Below are positions 1-10,653 of a stretch of DNA of 64,000 nucleotides, one piece after another. Source of the DNA: Oceanidesulfovibrio marinus. GTDB taxonomy: Bacteria > Desulfobacterota > Desulfovibrionia > Desulfovibrionales > Desulfovibrionaceae. How positions within the stretch are numbered: the first letter of the stretch is position 1; each line of letters begins with the position of its first letter. The notes under the pieces are model-generated. The model saw nothing but the letters and a program-made list of their open reading frames with translations. It was not told the DNA's origin and did no database searches. The position numbers were made by a program, and so were the translations under genes. Location: assembly GCF_013085545.1 (NCBI RefSeq), contig NZ_CP039543.1:2633322-2697321 (forward strand), written 5' to 3'.

Positions 1-150
1 CAGGCGCGAGGCATGGCCCAGGGCCACGTCGGAAAAGCAGCCGAAATGGTTCTGCAGCAGATATATGATGTCGATGAGCTTCTCTTCGACATGCTCGGCC
101 TCCCGGACCATGGTTTGTATCTCTGTTTCCAGCTCTTCCGGCAGCAGCAT
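1..150 (-). CDS. NuoE-like (24 kDa/thioredoxin-like [2Fe-2S]) subunit, 5' part only (runs off window)
   Basis: Minus-strand ATG at 150 with GGGAGA SD 6 nt upstream, 10 nt after the nuoBCD stop. 50 codons translate to MLLPEELETEIQTMVREAEHVEEKLIDIIYLLQNHFGCFSDVALGHASRL, resembling the N-terminus of NuoE/HoxE-type subunits. Not in the ORF track because it has no stop in the window. Confidence 0.4.
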   Translation of the reverse strand, partial: MLLPEELETEIQTMVREAEHVEEKLIDIIYLLQNHFGCFSDVALGHASRL

Positions 151-160
151 GCTCGTCTCC

Positions 161-2608
161 CTAGCGATCCAGATCCGGTGCGATGTAATCCGTCGAACCG
201 ATGATGGCGATGAAGTCCGGCAAAAGATGGCCGATGGTCATGAGGGGCAGGGCCTGCACGGTGGGGTAGCCGGCGGAGCGCATGTGCAGCCGGTACGGCA
301 TGTTCCCGCCGTCGCTCACGATGTAGAACCCCTGCTCACCGCGGGGCGATTCGGTCACTGCATACGCCTCGCCGGCCGGCACCTTGGGCCCGCGCGTGGC
401 GTTGATGAAATGGTGTATCAGGCTCTCGATGTCTTCGAGCGTGTCCTTCTTGTCCGGTATGCAATAGCGGTAATCCTCGGAGATGTGCCGTCCCGATGGC
501 ATCCCCTCCAGGCACTGGGAGATGATCCGGTTGCTCTGCAGCATCTCCTCGAAACGCACTTCATAGCGCGCCAGGCAGTCGCCATCCTCCCGGGTCGGGA
601 TGTCGAAATCGTACTGCTCGTACCCGGAGTACGGCGTCACCTTGCGCAGGTCCCACTCCTTGCCGCAGGCGCGGAGGTTCGGCCCGGTCAAGCCATGGTC
701 GATGGCGTCCTCCAGGGTGATAGGGCCAATGCCCCGTATCCTGGCTCTGAGGATGGGGTTGCCGGAAATCAGGCGGTGGTAGCTGCGGACTCTTTTGGGG
801 AAACCGCTGACAAAGTCCCGCACCATCGTGTCCCAGCCTTCGGGCAGATCCATGGCCAGGCCGCCGATGCGCAGCCAGGCCGGATGCAGGCGGGCTCCGG
901 TGATGGTCTCGATGATGTCCAGAACCTGCTCGCGCTCCCGGAAGGTGTGGAACACGGGCGTCATCATGCCCAGGTCCTGCACCATGGTTCCCAGCCAGAG
1001 CAGATGGTTGGAGAGCCGGAAGAACTCGGAGAGCATGACCCGCACGCACTGCGCCCGCGCCGGCACGGTGATGTCGCACAGCTTCTCGATGGCCAGCAGA
1101 TAGGTGAGGTTGTTGGCAACGCCGCTCAGATAGTCGAGCCGGTCCGTGTAGGGAATGTACTGGTGCCAGGACTGGTGCTCGGCGATCTTCTCGGCCCCGC
1201 GGTGGTGGAAGCCGATGTCCGAAGCCATGTCCACAATCTCCTCGCCGTGCAGCTCCAGCACGAAACGCACCACGCCGTGGGTGCTGTAGTGGTGCGGACC
1301 GATGTTGAGCACGAACTCGCGTTTGGTGGGCGAGGTGGCGTGCAGGCGACGGAGCAGCTCGCCTGCGTCCTCGGGCTGCATGCGCAGAACGTCCTCCTCC
1401 AGATACGGCGCCATCTCCGTGGCCCTGTGGGGCTCGCTCTTGCGCAAGGGATGGCCCGGCCACGTCCGGGGCATGATCAGACGGCGCAGCTCCGGGTGGC
1501 CGACGAAGCGGATGCCGAACATGTCCCAGACCTCGCGCTCGTACCAGTTGGCGCAGGCCCAGACCGATGTGGCCGTAGGCGCTTCGGGCTCGGCCCCGGA
1601 TAGGGGCACGCGCAGGCGAAGGCGCTCCACCGCGCTCAGGGAGGTCAGGGTGTAGACCAGGGTGAAGTCGTGCTCCACCGGAACCTTTCTCGTGCTCTCG
1701 TCCACCGCGGTGAGGTCCTCGAAGCGCTCATACTTCACGGGCGACTCGTGCTTGAGCCACTTCAGCACGTCAACGACGTGGTCCGCCGACACGGTCACCG
1801 TGGGCATGTCCACCGGGTCCTCGCGCCACGTTGCCAGCTCACCGAAGCGTTCCTCGATGGCCTTGCGCAGCACCGTCTGCCGCGCCGAGAACTCCAGCAC
1901 GGGCGGCGGCGGTGTCCACATCTCCTCGGAGCGGCTGCCGGCGAAGCCCGGCGGGGTGACGGAGGTGCCGCGCACCGGAATGCCCTGCATGCCCGGCCCG
2001 CGCGTATCGCGATCCTTGCTGACGCCCACTTCCAGAATATCGTCGCGTCCGCCCAGCTGGCCGCCGGACAGGCCGAGCACCGGCTTGAGCGGCCGGTTCT
2101 TGCGCTTGATCATGTCCTGCAGGGTGATGAGACCGTACATCAGGGCTTCCGGCCGCGGCGGGCAGCCCGTGATGTACACGTCCACGGGAATAAGCTGGTC
2201 CACGCCCTGCACCACGCTGTAGACGTCGTACATGCCGCCGGTGTTGGCGCAGGAGCCCATGGAGATGACCCACTTGGGCCGGGACATCTGCTCGTAGATG
2301 CGCGTGACCATGGGCGCGACCTTTTTGAAGACCGTTCCGGACACCACCAGAAGATCGGCCTGGCGCGGCGAACCGCGCAGCACCTCGGCGCCGAAACGCG
2401 CGATGTCGTACACGCCGGTAAACACGGTGGCCTGCTCGATAAAGCAGCAGGACAGCCCGAAGAACAGGGGCCAGAGGCTGTTCATCTGGCACCAGTTCAC
2501 GAGGACGTCGCCCAGGCTGGCTCGCTCGGGCAGCATGCGCACGGCCTCCGCATCCCCAAGCACGGCGGCCTCGACAGCTTTGGTCAACGCTTCGGCGTCA
2601 TACCCCAT
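161..2608 (-). CDS. nuoBCD: NADH-quinone oxidoreductase fused subunits B/C/D
   Basis: One uninterrupted frame contains the NuoB core ([15 protein letters not shown]...GCPPRPEA), the NuoC 30-kDa domain and the NuoD 49-kDa domain ([11 protein letters not shown]...HMRSAGYP). Start re-assigned to ATG 2608 (MGYDAEAL...); the track ORF 161..3046 has an out-of-frame-looking 146-aa leader that overlaps nuoA. Confidence 0.85.
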   Translation of the reverse strand: MGYDAEALTKAVEAAVLGDAEAVRMLPERASLGDVLVNWCQMNSLWPLFFGLSCCFIEQATVFTGVYDIARFGAEVLRGSPRQADLLVVSGTVFKKVAPMVTRIYEQMSRPKWVISMGSCANTGGMYDVYSVVQGVDQLIPVDVYITGCPPRPEALMYGLITLQDMIKRKNRPLKPVLGLSGGQLGGRDDILEVGVSKDRDTRGPGMQGIPVRGTSVTPPGFAGSRSEEMWTPPPPVLEFSARQTVLRKAIEERFGELATWREDPVDMPTVTVSADHVVDVLKWLKHESPVKYERFEDLTAVDESTRKVPVEHDFTLVYTLTSLSAVERLRLRVPLSGAEPEAPTATSVWACANWYEREVWDMFGIRFVGHPELRRLIMPRTWPGHPLRKSEPHRATEMAPYLEEDVLRMQPEDAGELLRRLHATSPTKREFVLNIGPHHYSTHGVVRFVLELHGEEIVDMASDIGFHHRGAEKIAEHQSWHQYIPYTDRLDYLSGVANNLTYLLAIEKLCDITVPARAQCVRVMLSEFFRLSNHLLWLGTMVQDLGMMTPVFHTFREREQVLDIIETITGARLHPAWLRIGGLAMDLPEGWDTMVRDFVSGFPKRVRSYHRLISGNPILRARIRGIGPITLEDAIDHGLTGPNLRACGKEWDLRKVTPYSGYEQYDFDIPTREDGDCLARYEVRFEEMLQSNRIISQCLEGMPSGRHISEDYRYCIPDKKDTLEDIESLIHHFINATRGPKVPAGEAYAVTESPRGEQGFYIVSDGGNMPYRLHMRSAGYPTVQALPLMTIGHLLPDFIAIIGSTDYIAPDLDR

Positions 2609-3006
2609 TCGAGGCCTCCTTTTCGCCAGACCCAAAAAAGTCCGAGCAGCAGCACGCCGATGAAAAATGTTATCTGGGCCCAGCTTGCCCAGCTCAGCGA
2701 GGTGAAGGAAACGGCCCACGAAACCACGTACACCGCCTCCACGTCGAACAGCAGGAAAAAGACGGCCACCAGCCAGAACGGAGCCGGATAGCGCAGCCGG
2801 GCCGTGCCGGTGGGAATGATGCCGCACTCGTAGGGCAGCGCTTTCTGGCCTTCTGGCTTCCGCCTGGTGATAACGACGGTCAGCACCAGAATGGTCGCCA
2901 CAAGCCCTGCCGCCAGGAAAAAGAACACGCCGAGGGACAGCGCGCCGGGCTCCCAGGAGCTGAAACCAGTGATTGCCATTTCCGGAGTTGCCTGCATTGT
3001 ATGCAT
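2584..3006 (-). CDS. nuoA: NADH-quinone oxidoreductase subunit A
   Basis: 140 aa, 3 TM helices, conserved [11 protein letters not shown]...[21 protein letters not shown] NuoA/ND3 motifs. Overlaps the nuoBCD start by about 25 nt in another frame. Confidence 0.85.
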   Translation of the reverse strand: MHTMQATPEMAITGFSSWEPGALSLGVFFFLAAGLVATILVLTVVITRRKPEGQKALPYECGIIPTGTARLRYPAPFWLVAVFFLLFDVEAVYVVSWAVSFTSLSWASWAQITFFIGVLLLGLFWVWRKGGLEWGMTPKR

Positions 3007-3046
3007 CCTTCTCTAGACCGGAGATTTCATTCGTAGCATATTCCAA

Positions 3047-3331
3047 CCAATTTGCTATACCAGACTTTTCGTCTATGTAAAAACCTTCGTACCCCCCTGC
3101 CCGTTGTGGTAGGGTACTCTCCGGTCAGAATGTCGCGCCAAAGGATGGCATGAACGAACTTGACATGATAGCCTTATTTTCAGCACATAATTAGGGTTGC
3201 TTCTGTAAATACAGCGTTGCCGAATTACTGAGCCACTCGGCGGCCGACTGCCAGGTGAACGGAACACGCAGCCTCGGAACAGCGAAGCCACCCGAAAAGA
3301 GTGCGCACAGCACCAAAACGGAAAACGACTC
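3047..3331. promoter_or_regulatory. Divergent promoter region between nuoA (minus) and cydA (plus)
   Basis: 285-bp non-coding, relatively AT-rich spacer between divergently oriented operons. The 86-aa ORF 3073..3333 inside it has an odd Cys/Arg-rich composition and is probably not a gene. Confidence 0.4.
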
Positions 3332-4717
3332 ATGGAACATCTGCTAACAGATCATATTCTCCTGTCGCGCATACAATTTGCGCTGACCACGATGTTCCAT
3401 ATCATATGGCCAGCATTAACCATAGGCCTGTCAATTTTCATTTTCGCGGCCGAGCTCGCCTGGGTCAAGACGGGCAATGTCGAATGGCGCCGCCAGGCCC
3501 GTTTCTGGACCAAGTTCTTCCTGCTGGCCTTTGCCATGGGCGTGATCAGCGGCGTGCCCCTGGAGTTCCAGTTCGGCACCAACTGGTCCCGTTTTTCCGT
3601 CGCAAGCGGCAACTTCCTCGGCCAGATTCTCTCCGTCGAGACCATGTCCGGCTTTATGCTGGAATCCATCTTCCTCTACTTCATGGTGGCCGGATGGAAG
3701 CGGCTCTCCCCTGGCATGCACCTGTTCTCCACGGGCATGGTGGCCCTTGGCGCGTCAATTTCCGCGTTCTGGATCATGGTGGCCAACTCCTGGATGCAGA
3801 CGCCCTCCGGAGGAGGGCGCATGGTGGACGGCGTGTACCAGGTGACGGACCGTTTGGCCGCCATCTTCAACCCCGACATCTTCGCTTCCTTCCCGCACAT
3901 GTGGCTGGCGTGCCTGACCAGCACGGCCTTTATCATCTGCGGCGTCAGCGCCTGGCACATCCTGCGCCACCGCCACTCCGAGTTCTATCTGCGCGCCTTC
4001 AAGGCCGGCGTGGCCGCGGCGTTGTTCTTCTCTTTGCTGCAGGCCTTCACTGGTGATCTTTCGGGGAGAACCGTTGCCCGATATCAGCCGGCCAAGCTGG
4101 CCGCCACCGAGGCGTTCTGGGAGACGAACAAGCCGGGCGAAGGCGCGGCCTGGTCCATCTTCGCCTGGCCGGACACGGAGGCCGAACGCAACTACGTGGA
4201 GCTGCGCATCCCCTTCGTGCTCAGCATACTGGCCACCCACGACCCCTTTGGCCGGGTCACCGGACTCAAGGACATCCCCGAGGACGAACGGCCGCCCATC
4301 ACGCTGATCTTCTACTCGTTCCGGATCATGGTCTTTACCGGCACGCTGATGATCATCGTGGCTCTGTGGGCCGTGTGGACCTGGTACAAGGGAAGGCTGA
4401 CGCCCATTCACGCCGCCAGGCAACGCAAGCTGATGAAGTTCTTCATCTGGCTGGCCCCCTTCTCCATCATCGCCATCTGGACGGGCTGGATCATGCGCGA
4501 GGTGGGACGACAGCCATGGATCATATACGGCCTGCTGCGCACCGACGATGCCTCGTCCCCGCTGACGGCCGGTGCCGTGAGCATTTCCCTGGGCTACTTC
4601 GCCCTGGCCGCCGTGTTCTTCATCACGCTGTTCTGCGTCTTCTCCGTGCGCATCCTGCGCAAGGGGCCGGAAACGGACCAGGCGCCAGACGAGCCTGAAT
4701 CCGGGAGGCCGACATGA
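3332..4717 (+). CDS. cydA: Cytochrome bd ubiquinol oxidase subunit I
   Basis: 461 aa with hallmark motifs RIQFALTTMFHII, EFQFGTNWSRFS and Q-loop region. Strong match to the CydA family. Confidence 0.9.
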   Translation: MEHLLTDHILLSRIQFALTTMFHIIWPALTIGLSIFIFAAELAWVKTGNVEWRRQARFWTKFFLLAFAMGVISGVPLEFQFGTNWSRFSVASGNFLGQILSVETMSGFMLESIFLYFMVAGWKRLSPGMHLFSTGMVALGASISAFWIMVANSWMQTPSGGGRMVDGVYQVTDRLAAIFNPDIFASFPHMWLACLTSTAFIICGVSAWHILRHRHSEFYLRAFKAGVAAALFFSLLQAFTGDLSGRTVARYQPAKLAATEAFWETNKPGEGAAWSIFAWPDTEAERNYVELRIPFVLSILATHDPFGRVTGLKDIPEDERPPITLIFYSFRIMVFTGTLMIIVALWAVWTWYKGRLTPIHAARQRKLMKFFIWLAPFSIIAIWTGWIMREVGRQPWIIYGLLRTDDASSPLTAGAVSISLGYFALAAVFFITLFCVFSVRILRKGPETDQAPDEPESGRPT

Positions 4718-5727
4718 GCCACGCGACTCTCATCGACCTCTGGTTCGTGCTGACCGCGGGGCTGCTTTTCCTGCACATCGGCCTCGGCAGCATCGATCTT
4801 GGCGTCTGCACGCTCTCGCTGATCACGCCGGACAAGGACTCCGAAACCCTGCTCGGCTCCATCGACACCATCTGGCACGCCAACCAGACCTGGCTGGTGG
4901 TGCTCGGCGGCACGCTCTTCGGCGCGTTCCCCGTTCTATACAGCGAGGTCCTTTCCCGGCTCTACGGGCTCGTCATCGTGCTGCTGGCCATGCTGGCCAT
5001 GCGCGGCATCGGCCTGGAGTACCGCCACCATGCGGCCAACCCCAGGCGCTCGCGCCTTTTTGCCGGATGCGGCGCATTGGCGGCCATCGTGGCCGAGGGA
5101 CTTATTCTGGGAACCCTCATCGTGGGCGCTCCGGCGCCGGGCTCCAGGCTGGCCGGCCTGTCCGCTTTCGTCCGGCCCGAGGTCCTGCCGACCGTGCTCT
5201 TCCTTATCTTCACCGCTCTGCTCACCGCCGGCGCCTGGCTGCTGAAGGAGCTGGACGACGAACACCCATTGCGCCCCATGGCCAGACGGTCGATGATGGC
5301 CGGCGCGGTCGGCGTTCTGGTCTTTGCCACGTACATCTGCCGGCAGATGCTGGCGGCGTGGCGAATCGACGCCGCGGAGCTGCACGGGTTATACATGTCC
5401 CTCGCCGCCGTAGCCTTTGCGGCCCTGGTGCTGATGACGGTCAGCATGCAGAAAAGCTGGCGGGGCTCCCAGGTTCCCTGGGCTCTCGTTGTTGTGGGCG
5501 TGGCCCTGGCCGCCTGCGCGGGCACGGCCCGCTTCGCCATGCAGACGCCCGGCGCTGCGGACTTCGCGGCATCCAGGGAGGCGCTGGTGTTTCTCACCTG
5601 GACCTCGGCCCTGTTGCTGCCGCCGCTGATCGCGTTCCAGATTTTTCAGTACCGCCTGCAACGGCGCGGCACGGATGTCTCCACGACAGAATCGGGCGGG
5701 CAGGAACCCTCGGCCGGTCCGGAGTAG
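4714..5727 (+). CDS. cydB: Cytochrome bd ubiquinol oxidase subunit II
   Basis: 337 aa polytopic membrane protein. Start overlaps cydA stop (ATGA). N-terminus (DLWFVLTAGLLFLHIGLGSIDLG...WHANQTWLVVLGG) matches CydB. Confidence 0.8.
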   Translation: MSHATLIDLWFVLTAGLLFLHIGLGSIDLGVCTLSLITPDKDSETLLGSIDTIWHANQTWLVVLGGTLFGAFPVLYSEVLSRLYGLVIVLLAMLAMRGIGLEYRHHAANPRRSRLFAGCGALAAIVAEGLILGTLIVGAPAPGSRLAGLSAFVRPEVLPTVLFLIFTALLTAGAWLLKELDDEHPLRPMARRSMMAGAVGVLVFATYICRQMLAAWRIDAAELHGLYMSLAAVAFAALVLMTVSMQKSWRGSQVPWALVVVGVALAACAGTARFAMQTPGAADFAASREALVFLTWTSALLLPPLIAFQIFQYRLQRRGTDVSTTESGGQEPSAGPE

Positions 5728-5748
5728 CCCGACCCGACAGATTGGAAA

Positions 5749-6321
5749 GTGATGATGAACACGAAGCTGAAACGTCTCACCGAGATGCTGAAAGACGCCG
5801 GGGAGGGCACGCGCGGGCTGATCTACGGATATGGCGAGACCCTGCGCGCCATGTTTACCCACCCCATCACGATTCAGTATCCGGAGGAGAGAAAGAAGCT
5901 GCCGCCACGGTCGCGGGCGCACATCATCCTCACCCGCACGCCCGACGGCGATGAGCGTTGCGTGGCCTGCTATCTGTGTTCCGCCGCCTGCCCGGTGAGC
6001 TGCATCTCCATGCAGGCGGGCACGCGCGAGGACGGACGGCGCTACGCCCCGTGGTTCCGGATCAACTTCGCCCGCTGCATCTACTGTGGGCTGTGCGAGG
6101 AGGCGTGCCCCACGCTGGCCATCCAGCTTACGCCCAACTACGAGTACTGCGCCGACTCCCCGCTCAAGCTTGTAGCCGAGAAGGAAGACCTGCTGGTGAA
6201 CCACGGCGGCAAGAACAACGAGTACGACTTCTACAAGCACGCCGGGGTCGAGGAGAAGTACCCCCGCGGCGAACATCCCGGTGAGAAATCGCCCGTGGAC
6301 TACAAGAGCAACCTGCCATGA
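5749..6321 (+). CDS. nuoI: NADH-quinone oxidoreductase subunit I (2x[4Fe-4S] ferredoxin)
   Basis: 190 aa with two CxxCxxCxxxCP motifs (CVACYLCSAACP, CIYCGLCEEACP) and a NuoI-type C-terminus (KEDLLV...KS). Starts 21 nt after cydB. Confidence 0.9.
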   Translation: MMMNTKLKRLTEMLKDAGEGTRGLIYGYGETLRAMFTHPITIQYPEERKKLPPRSRAHIILTRTPDGDERCVACYLCSAACPVSCISMQAGTREDGRRYAPWFRINFARCIYCGLCEEACPTLAIQLTPNYEYCADSPLKLVAEKEDLLVNHGGKNNEYDFYKHAGVEEKYPRGEHPGEKSPVDYKSNLP

Positions 6322-6938
6322 GCATTTACGCAATGCTGTTCTACGCCCTCGCAGCCATCACGCTCGGCTGCACGATCATGGCGGTCACGCGCCGTGTGCT
6401 CGTGCACGCCGTGGTCTGGATGGTGGGCGCGCTCATCGGCACGGCGCTCATCTTCCTGCTCCTAGGCGCGCCCCTCTTGGCCGGGTTCGAGGTCATCATC
6501 TACGCCGGGGCCATCATGGTGCTCTTCCTCTTCGCCATCATGCTCATGGCGCAGGACCCCAGCGAGTCCAAGCAGGTGGAGGCCATGGCCAAGTGGCGCA
6601 TCTTCCGCCGGCTGTTCTGGCCCGCGGTCTACGGCCTCGTAGGGCTTTTGGCCTGCATGGCCTTGATCAGCTTCGACCCTGCCAACACGCCCATGCTCAA
6701 GCTGGGCAGGGTCTCGCCCCATGCACTGGGCGCGTGGGTCTTCGGCAATGCCTGGCCCGCGGTGGAGGCCGTCTCCCTGCTCCTTTTCGTTGCCCTGGCC
6801 GGCGCGCGCTACCTGGGGCTGCCGCTCGTTCGGGCCGACCAGCCCAGACACTGGGGCGAGAGCCTGAAGGCTGAGGCTGCCGGCAATCCGGAACCCGAGC
6901 CGGTGAAGCCCCAGTCGGCAGAGGAGGACGGGCAATGA
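6318..6938 (+). CDS. nuoJ: NADH-quinone oxidoreductase subunit J
   Basis: 206 aa, 5 TM. Operon position between nuoI and nuoK; start overlaps nuoI stop. Confidence 0.85.
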   Translation: MSIYAMLFYALAAITLGCTIMAVTRRVLVHAVVWMVGALIGTALIFLLLGAPLLAGFEVIIYAGAIMVLFLFAIMLMAQDPSESKQVEAMAKWRIFRRLFWPAVYGLVGLLACMALISFDPANTPMLKLGRVSPHALGAWVFGNAWPAVEAVSLLLFVALAGARYLGLPLVRADQPRHWGESLKAEAAGNPEPEPVKPQSAEEDGQ

Positions 6939-7240
6939 TCGTTCCCATGGAGCATGTGCTGATCTTCGCGGCGGTGCTTTTCCTCATCGGGCTGGTCACC
7001 GTGGTGGCCCGGCGCAGCCTGATCATGATCCTGCTCGGCGTGGAGGTGATGCTCAACGCGGCCGGCGTGGCCTTTGTAGCCGGAGCGCTGCGCTGGTGGG
7101 ACATCACGGGCCAGGGCATGGTGCTGTTCATCATGGCCGCGGCCGCGGCCGAGATCGCCGTGGGCCTGACCCTGGTGTTCAACATCTGGTGGCGGACCAA
7201 GAACCTCAACCCCGACGCCCTGACCAGGCTCAAAGGATGA
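6935..7240 (+). CDS. nuoK: NADH-quinone oxidoreductase subunit K
   Basis: 101 aa, 3 TM, conserved LLGVEVMLNAAGVAFVA...AAAEIAVGL motif. ATGA overlap with nuoJ. Confidence 0.9.
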   Translation: MIVPMEHVLIFAAVLFLIGLVTVVARRSLIMILLGVEVMLNAAGVAFVAGALRWWDITGQGMVLFIMAAAAAEIAVGLTLVFNIWWRTKNLNPDALTRLKG

Positions 7241-7244
7241 ACGC

Positions 7245-9161
7245 ATGACCGTCTTCATATGCCTCATCCTCTTCACGCCGCTTCTGGGAGCCACGCTGCT
7301 GGCCCTGGCGGGCCGGGCCATATCGCGCCGCCTCTCCGGCGTGCTGGCCTGCCTCTGCGTGGCGGGGTCCCTGGCCGGAGCCATCGCCGGCTGGTCCGCG
7401 CTGGCGGAGTCCGGCTCCACAACCCAGACCATCCACCTGTTCACATGGTTCTCCGTGGCCGGTCTGAATGCCTCCTTCTCCGCGCTGTACAACCACCTGG
7501 CCGCCGTGATGGCGACCATGGTCGCCTTTGTCTCGCTGATCATCCATGTGCACTCGTACTTCTTCATGCGCGACGATGAGAGCTGGGTCCGCTATTTCTG
7601 CTACCTGAACCTGTTCGTCTTCTTCATGCAGGTCATTGTCCTGGCCGACAACCTGATCTTCCTCTTCATGGGTTGGGAGGGCGTGGGCTTCTGCTCCTTC
7701 GCGCTCATCGGCTTCTGGTACACCGATCCCTCGCGCGTCATGGCCGGCCGCAAGGCGTTTCTGGTGACGCGGGTGGGCGACGTGGCCTTCATCGCAGCGA
7801 TGGCTGTGCTCTTCTACGCCACGAACAGCCTGGGCATCGCCGATATCCTCGGCGCTACCGGAACCCTTGCCCCGGCCACCGTAACGCTGGTGGGTCTGCT
7901 CTTCCTCTGGGCAGCGGCAGGCAAGTCGGCGCAGCTTCCCCTGCTCGTCTGGCTGCCGGACGCCATGGCCGGCCCCTCACCGGTCTCGGCCCTGATCCAC
8001 GCCGCAACCATGGTCACGGCCGGCGTCTACCTGCTCATCCGCCTCTTCCCCATGCTTGTACTCTCCACGCTGACCATGGAGGTCATCGCCGCGCTCGGCG
8101 CGCTGACCGCTCTGTTCGCGGCCTGCGCCGCCCTGGCCCAGCACGACATCAAGCGCGTGCTGGCCTGGTCCACCATCAGCCAGGTGGGCTACATGGTTAT
8201 CGGCGTGGGCATCGGCGACCCCAACGGCAGCTTCTTCCACCTTCTGGTGCACGCCTTCTTCAAGTCCCTGCTGTTCATGGTCGCCGGCATCGTCATCCAG
8301 GCCCTGCACGAGGAGCACGACATCTTCAAGATGGGCGCGCGCGTGCGCAAGATCGCTCCCGGCACGGCCCTGGCCTTTTTCTGCGGCGCCGCCGCCCTGG
8401 CCGGGCTGCCGCCATTCGCCGGATTCTTCAGCAAGGGGACGATTCTGGAGCACGCGCTGACCTCAGCCGTGCACGGCCCCCCCATCTGGATGGCGGTCTG
8501 GGCCGCCGGCACGGTGACCGCGCTGCTCACGGCCCTCTACAGCTTCCGCGTCTTCTTTTTGGCCTTTACCGGCAAGCCGGCCCTGGAGCCGGATACCAAA
8601 ACGGAAAAAACGCCCCCGGCCATGCTCCATGTGCTGTGGCCGCTGGCCTTGCTCTCCGTGGTGGCCGGCGCGCTGAACATGCCGGAGCACGTCGCAATGC
8701 AGCTCGGCATCCCGCCCCACTGGCTCGACCACGTGCTGGGCAACCTGGCCGGCCCGGTGATGGAGCACCCGGATCAACATCTCGCTTCCATGGCCGAGCT
8801 CATCGACGGGTCCCTGGCCCTGGTCGGATTCGCCATCGCCCTCTTCATCTACGGTCCCTGGCGGATCAGGAAACCGGCTGCCGACAAGGGGCTCGCAGCG
8901 GCCATGCAGCGCGGCTTCGGGCTTGATTATCTGTACATGACATATGTCGCCCGGCCCTACCGCGCCGCGGCGGATCTTATCTGGAAAAATGTTGAGGACG
9001 GGGGTGTGGACAGCGCCGCCCTCGGCCTGGGCGGCATTGCCGTCCGCGCCGGAAACAGGGCCAGGCGCTGGGGCGAGGACAAGCTCACCTCCTATCTGTT
9101 GTGGCTGCTGCTGGGGCTCGTCATCATGCTGGTCATCGTGGCCGCCGTAGGCATACGTTAA
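7245..9161 (+). CDS. nuoL: NADH-quinone oxidoreductase subunit L (antiporter-like)
   Basis: 638 aa Mrp-antiporter-like protein with NuoL signatures (WLPDAMAGPSPVSALIHAATMVTAGVYLL) and the long C-terminal extension typical of NuoL. Confidence 0.9.
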   Translation: MTVFICLILFTPLLGATLLALAGRAISRRLSGVLACLCVAGSLAGAIAGWSALAESGSTTQTIHLFTWFSVAGLNASFSALYNHLAAVMATMVAFVSLIIHVHSYFFMRDDESWVRYFCYLNLFVFFMQVIVLADNLIFLFMGWEGVGFCSFALIGFWYTDPSRVMAGRKAFLVTRVGDVAFIAAMAVLFYATNSLGIADILGATGTLAPATVTLVGLLFLWAAAGKSAQLPLLVWLPDAMAGPSPVSALIHAATMVTAGVYLLIRLFPMLVLSTLTMEVIAALGALTALFAACAALAQHDIKRVLAWSTISQVGYMVIGVGIGDPNGSFFHLLVHAFFKSLLFMVAGIVIQALHEEHDIFKMGARVRKIAPGTALAFFCGAAALAGLPPFAGFFSKGTILEHALTSAVHGPPIWMAVWAAGTVTALLTALYSFRVFFLAFTGKPALEPDTKTEKTPPAMLHVLWPLALLSVVAGALNMPEHVAMQLGIPPHWLDHVLGNLAGPVMEHPDQHLASMAELIDGSLALVGFAIALFIYGPWRIRKPAADKGLAAAMQRGFGLDYLYMTYVARPYRAAADLIWKNVEDGGVDSAALGLGGIAVRAGNRARRWGEDKLTSYLLWLLLGLVIMLVIVAAVGIR

Positions 9162-9170
9162 GGAAAGACC

Positions 9171-10643
9171 GTGCACGTATTCCCGCTGCTCACCACCCTC
9201 ATCTTCCTGCCGCTTTTTGGCGGCATGGCCGGTCTGTTCTTCCGCCGGAACCCTGCGCAGGCCCGGTTCATCTGCCTGTTGACCGCGCTCATCGAGCTTG
9301 TGCTGGTCCTGGGCGTCATCCCGCTTTACGGCTGGTCCGGGCCCATGCAGCTTACCGAGCGATTCGCCTGGATACCCTCGCTCCACGTGCAGTACTCGCT
9401 GGGCATGGACGGCCTGAGCTACCTGCTCGTCCTGCTCACGGCCCTGCTCGTGGTGCTGGGCATGCTCACCTCATGGAAGGAGATCCAGGAGGACACGGCG
9501 GCGTTCTACACGCTGCTCCTGGCCTCCATGAGCACGGCCGTGGGCGTGTTCCTGGCGCGCGATCTGCTGCTCTTCTACTTTTTCTGGGAAGCGCAGCTCA
9601 TTCCCATGTTTTTCATCATCGGCCGCTACGGCCACGAGAAACGGCGCTACGCCGCGCTCAAGTTCTTTGTCTTCAGCATGGTGGGCGGCCTGCCCATGCT
9701 GCTGGCCGTTATCTGGCTGATGATCAACGGTCAGGACATCTCCCTGGCCGCCCTGAGCGCCGTGCCCGTGCAGGGTGCGTTGCAGGTTTACTGCGCCGTG
9801 GCCTTCATGCTGGCCTTTGCCGTGAAAACGCCGCTGTTGCCGGTACACACTTGGCTGCCGGACGCCCACACCCAGGCGCCCACCGCGGGCAGCCTGCTGC
9901 TGGCCGGCGTGCTGCTCAAGACCGGGGCCTACGCCATCCTGCGCTGGGCCCTCCCCCTGTTCCCGGACATACTCGCCGCGGCCGCGCCGTGGCTGGCCGG
10001 ACTGGGACTCGCCGGGCTCTTCTACGCATCGTGGACAGCCCTGGCCCAGCGCGACGCCAAGCGACTGGTGGCGTACTCCAGCGTGGCGCACATGGGGCTG
10101 ATCATCTTCGCCATGTTCGCCCACAACCGCTTGGGGCTTTCCGGCGCTGTGGTGCAGATGGTGAGCCACGCCCTGACCACCGGCGCGCTGTTCGTCATGG
10201 TGGGCATGCTGGCGGAGCGCTTCCACTCCCGCGAGCTGGCGGACTTCGGCGGGTTGTGGAGCACAATGCCCCTGTTCGGCGGATTTTTCATGTTCTTCGC
10301 CGTGGCCTCTGCCGGGCTGCCCGGACTGTCCAACTTCGTGGGCGAGCTGTTCATTATGATCGGCTCGTTCAAGGTCTATCCGGTGGGCGCATCCCTGGCC
10401 TTCTGCGGCATCGTCGTCGGCCTCGCCTACGTGTTGCGGCTGTTGCAGGGAACCGTGCTGGGCGCTCCCGGACGCCTGAGCGGGGGAGACGCCGCGGCCG
10501 CGGCCACCGATCTCGACGGTCGCGAAATACTGATTCTCTCGGTGTTGGCCCTGGCCGTCCTGCTGGTCGGCCTGCATCCGTCGCTGTTGCTCAAGCTCGT
10601 GCAGCAGCCATTGGACGCCCTGGCGGCGCATTGGCCCGGATAA
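9171..10643 (+). CDS. nuoM: NADH-quinone oxidoreductase subunit M
   Basis: 490 aa antiporter-like subunit (WLPDAHTQAPTAGSLLLAGVLLK). Confidence 0.9.
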   Translation: MHVFPLLTTLIFLPLFGGMAGLFFRRNPAQARFICLLTALIELVLVLGVIPLYGWSGPMQLTERFAWIPSLHVQYSLGMDGLSYLLVLLTALLVVLGMLTSWKEIQEDTAAFYTLLLASMSTAVGVFLARDLLLFYFFWEAQLIPMFFIIGRYGHEKRRYAALKFFVFSMVGGLPMLLAVIWLMINGQDISLAALSAVPVQGALQVYCAVAFMLAFAVKTPLLPVHTWLPDAHTQAPTAGSLLLAGVLLKTGAYAILRWALPLFPDILAAAAPWLAGLGLAGLFYASWTALAQRDAKRLVAYSSVAHMGLIIFAMFAHNRLGLSGAVVQMVSHALTTGALFVMVGMLAERFHSRELADFGGLWSTMPLFGGFFMFFAVASAGLPGLSNFVGELFIMIGSFKVYPVGASLAFCGIVVGLAYVLRLLQGTVLGAPGRLSGGDAAAAATDLDGREILILSVLALAVLLVGLHPSLLLKLVQQPLDALAAHWPG

Positions 10644-10653
10644 TGGATCGACC

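Noticed and set aside
65-1603. 512-aa plus-strand ORF (and 561..1463 minus, 1670..2791 plus, 1839..2492 minus) across the nuoBCD region
   Set aside because: They lie antisense or out of frame to the strongly conserved NuoB/C/D coding sequence. Translations are Arg/Ala/Gly/His-rich low-complexity, typical of stop-codon-poor alternative frames in 63% GC DNA.
3073-3333. 86-aa minus-strand ORF in the nuoA/cydA divergent promoter region
   Set aside because: Sits in the only AT-rich promoter spacer. Translation (Cys/Arg/Ser-rich, no SD) is atypical for this genome's proteins. More likely non-coding regulatory DNA.
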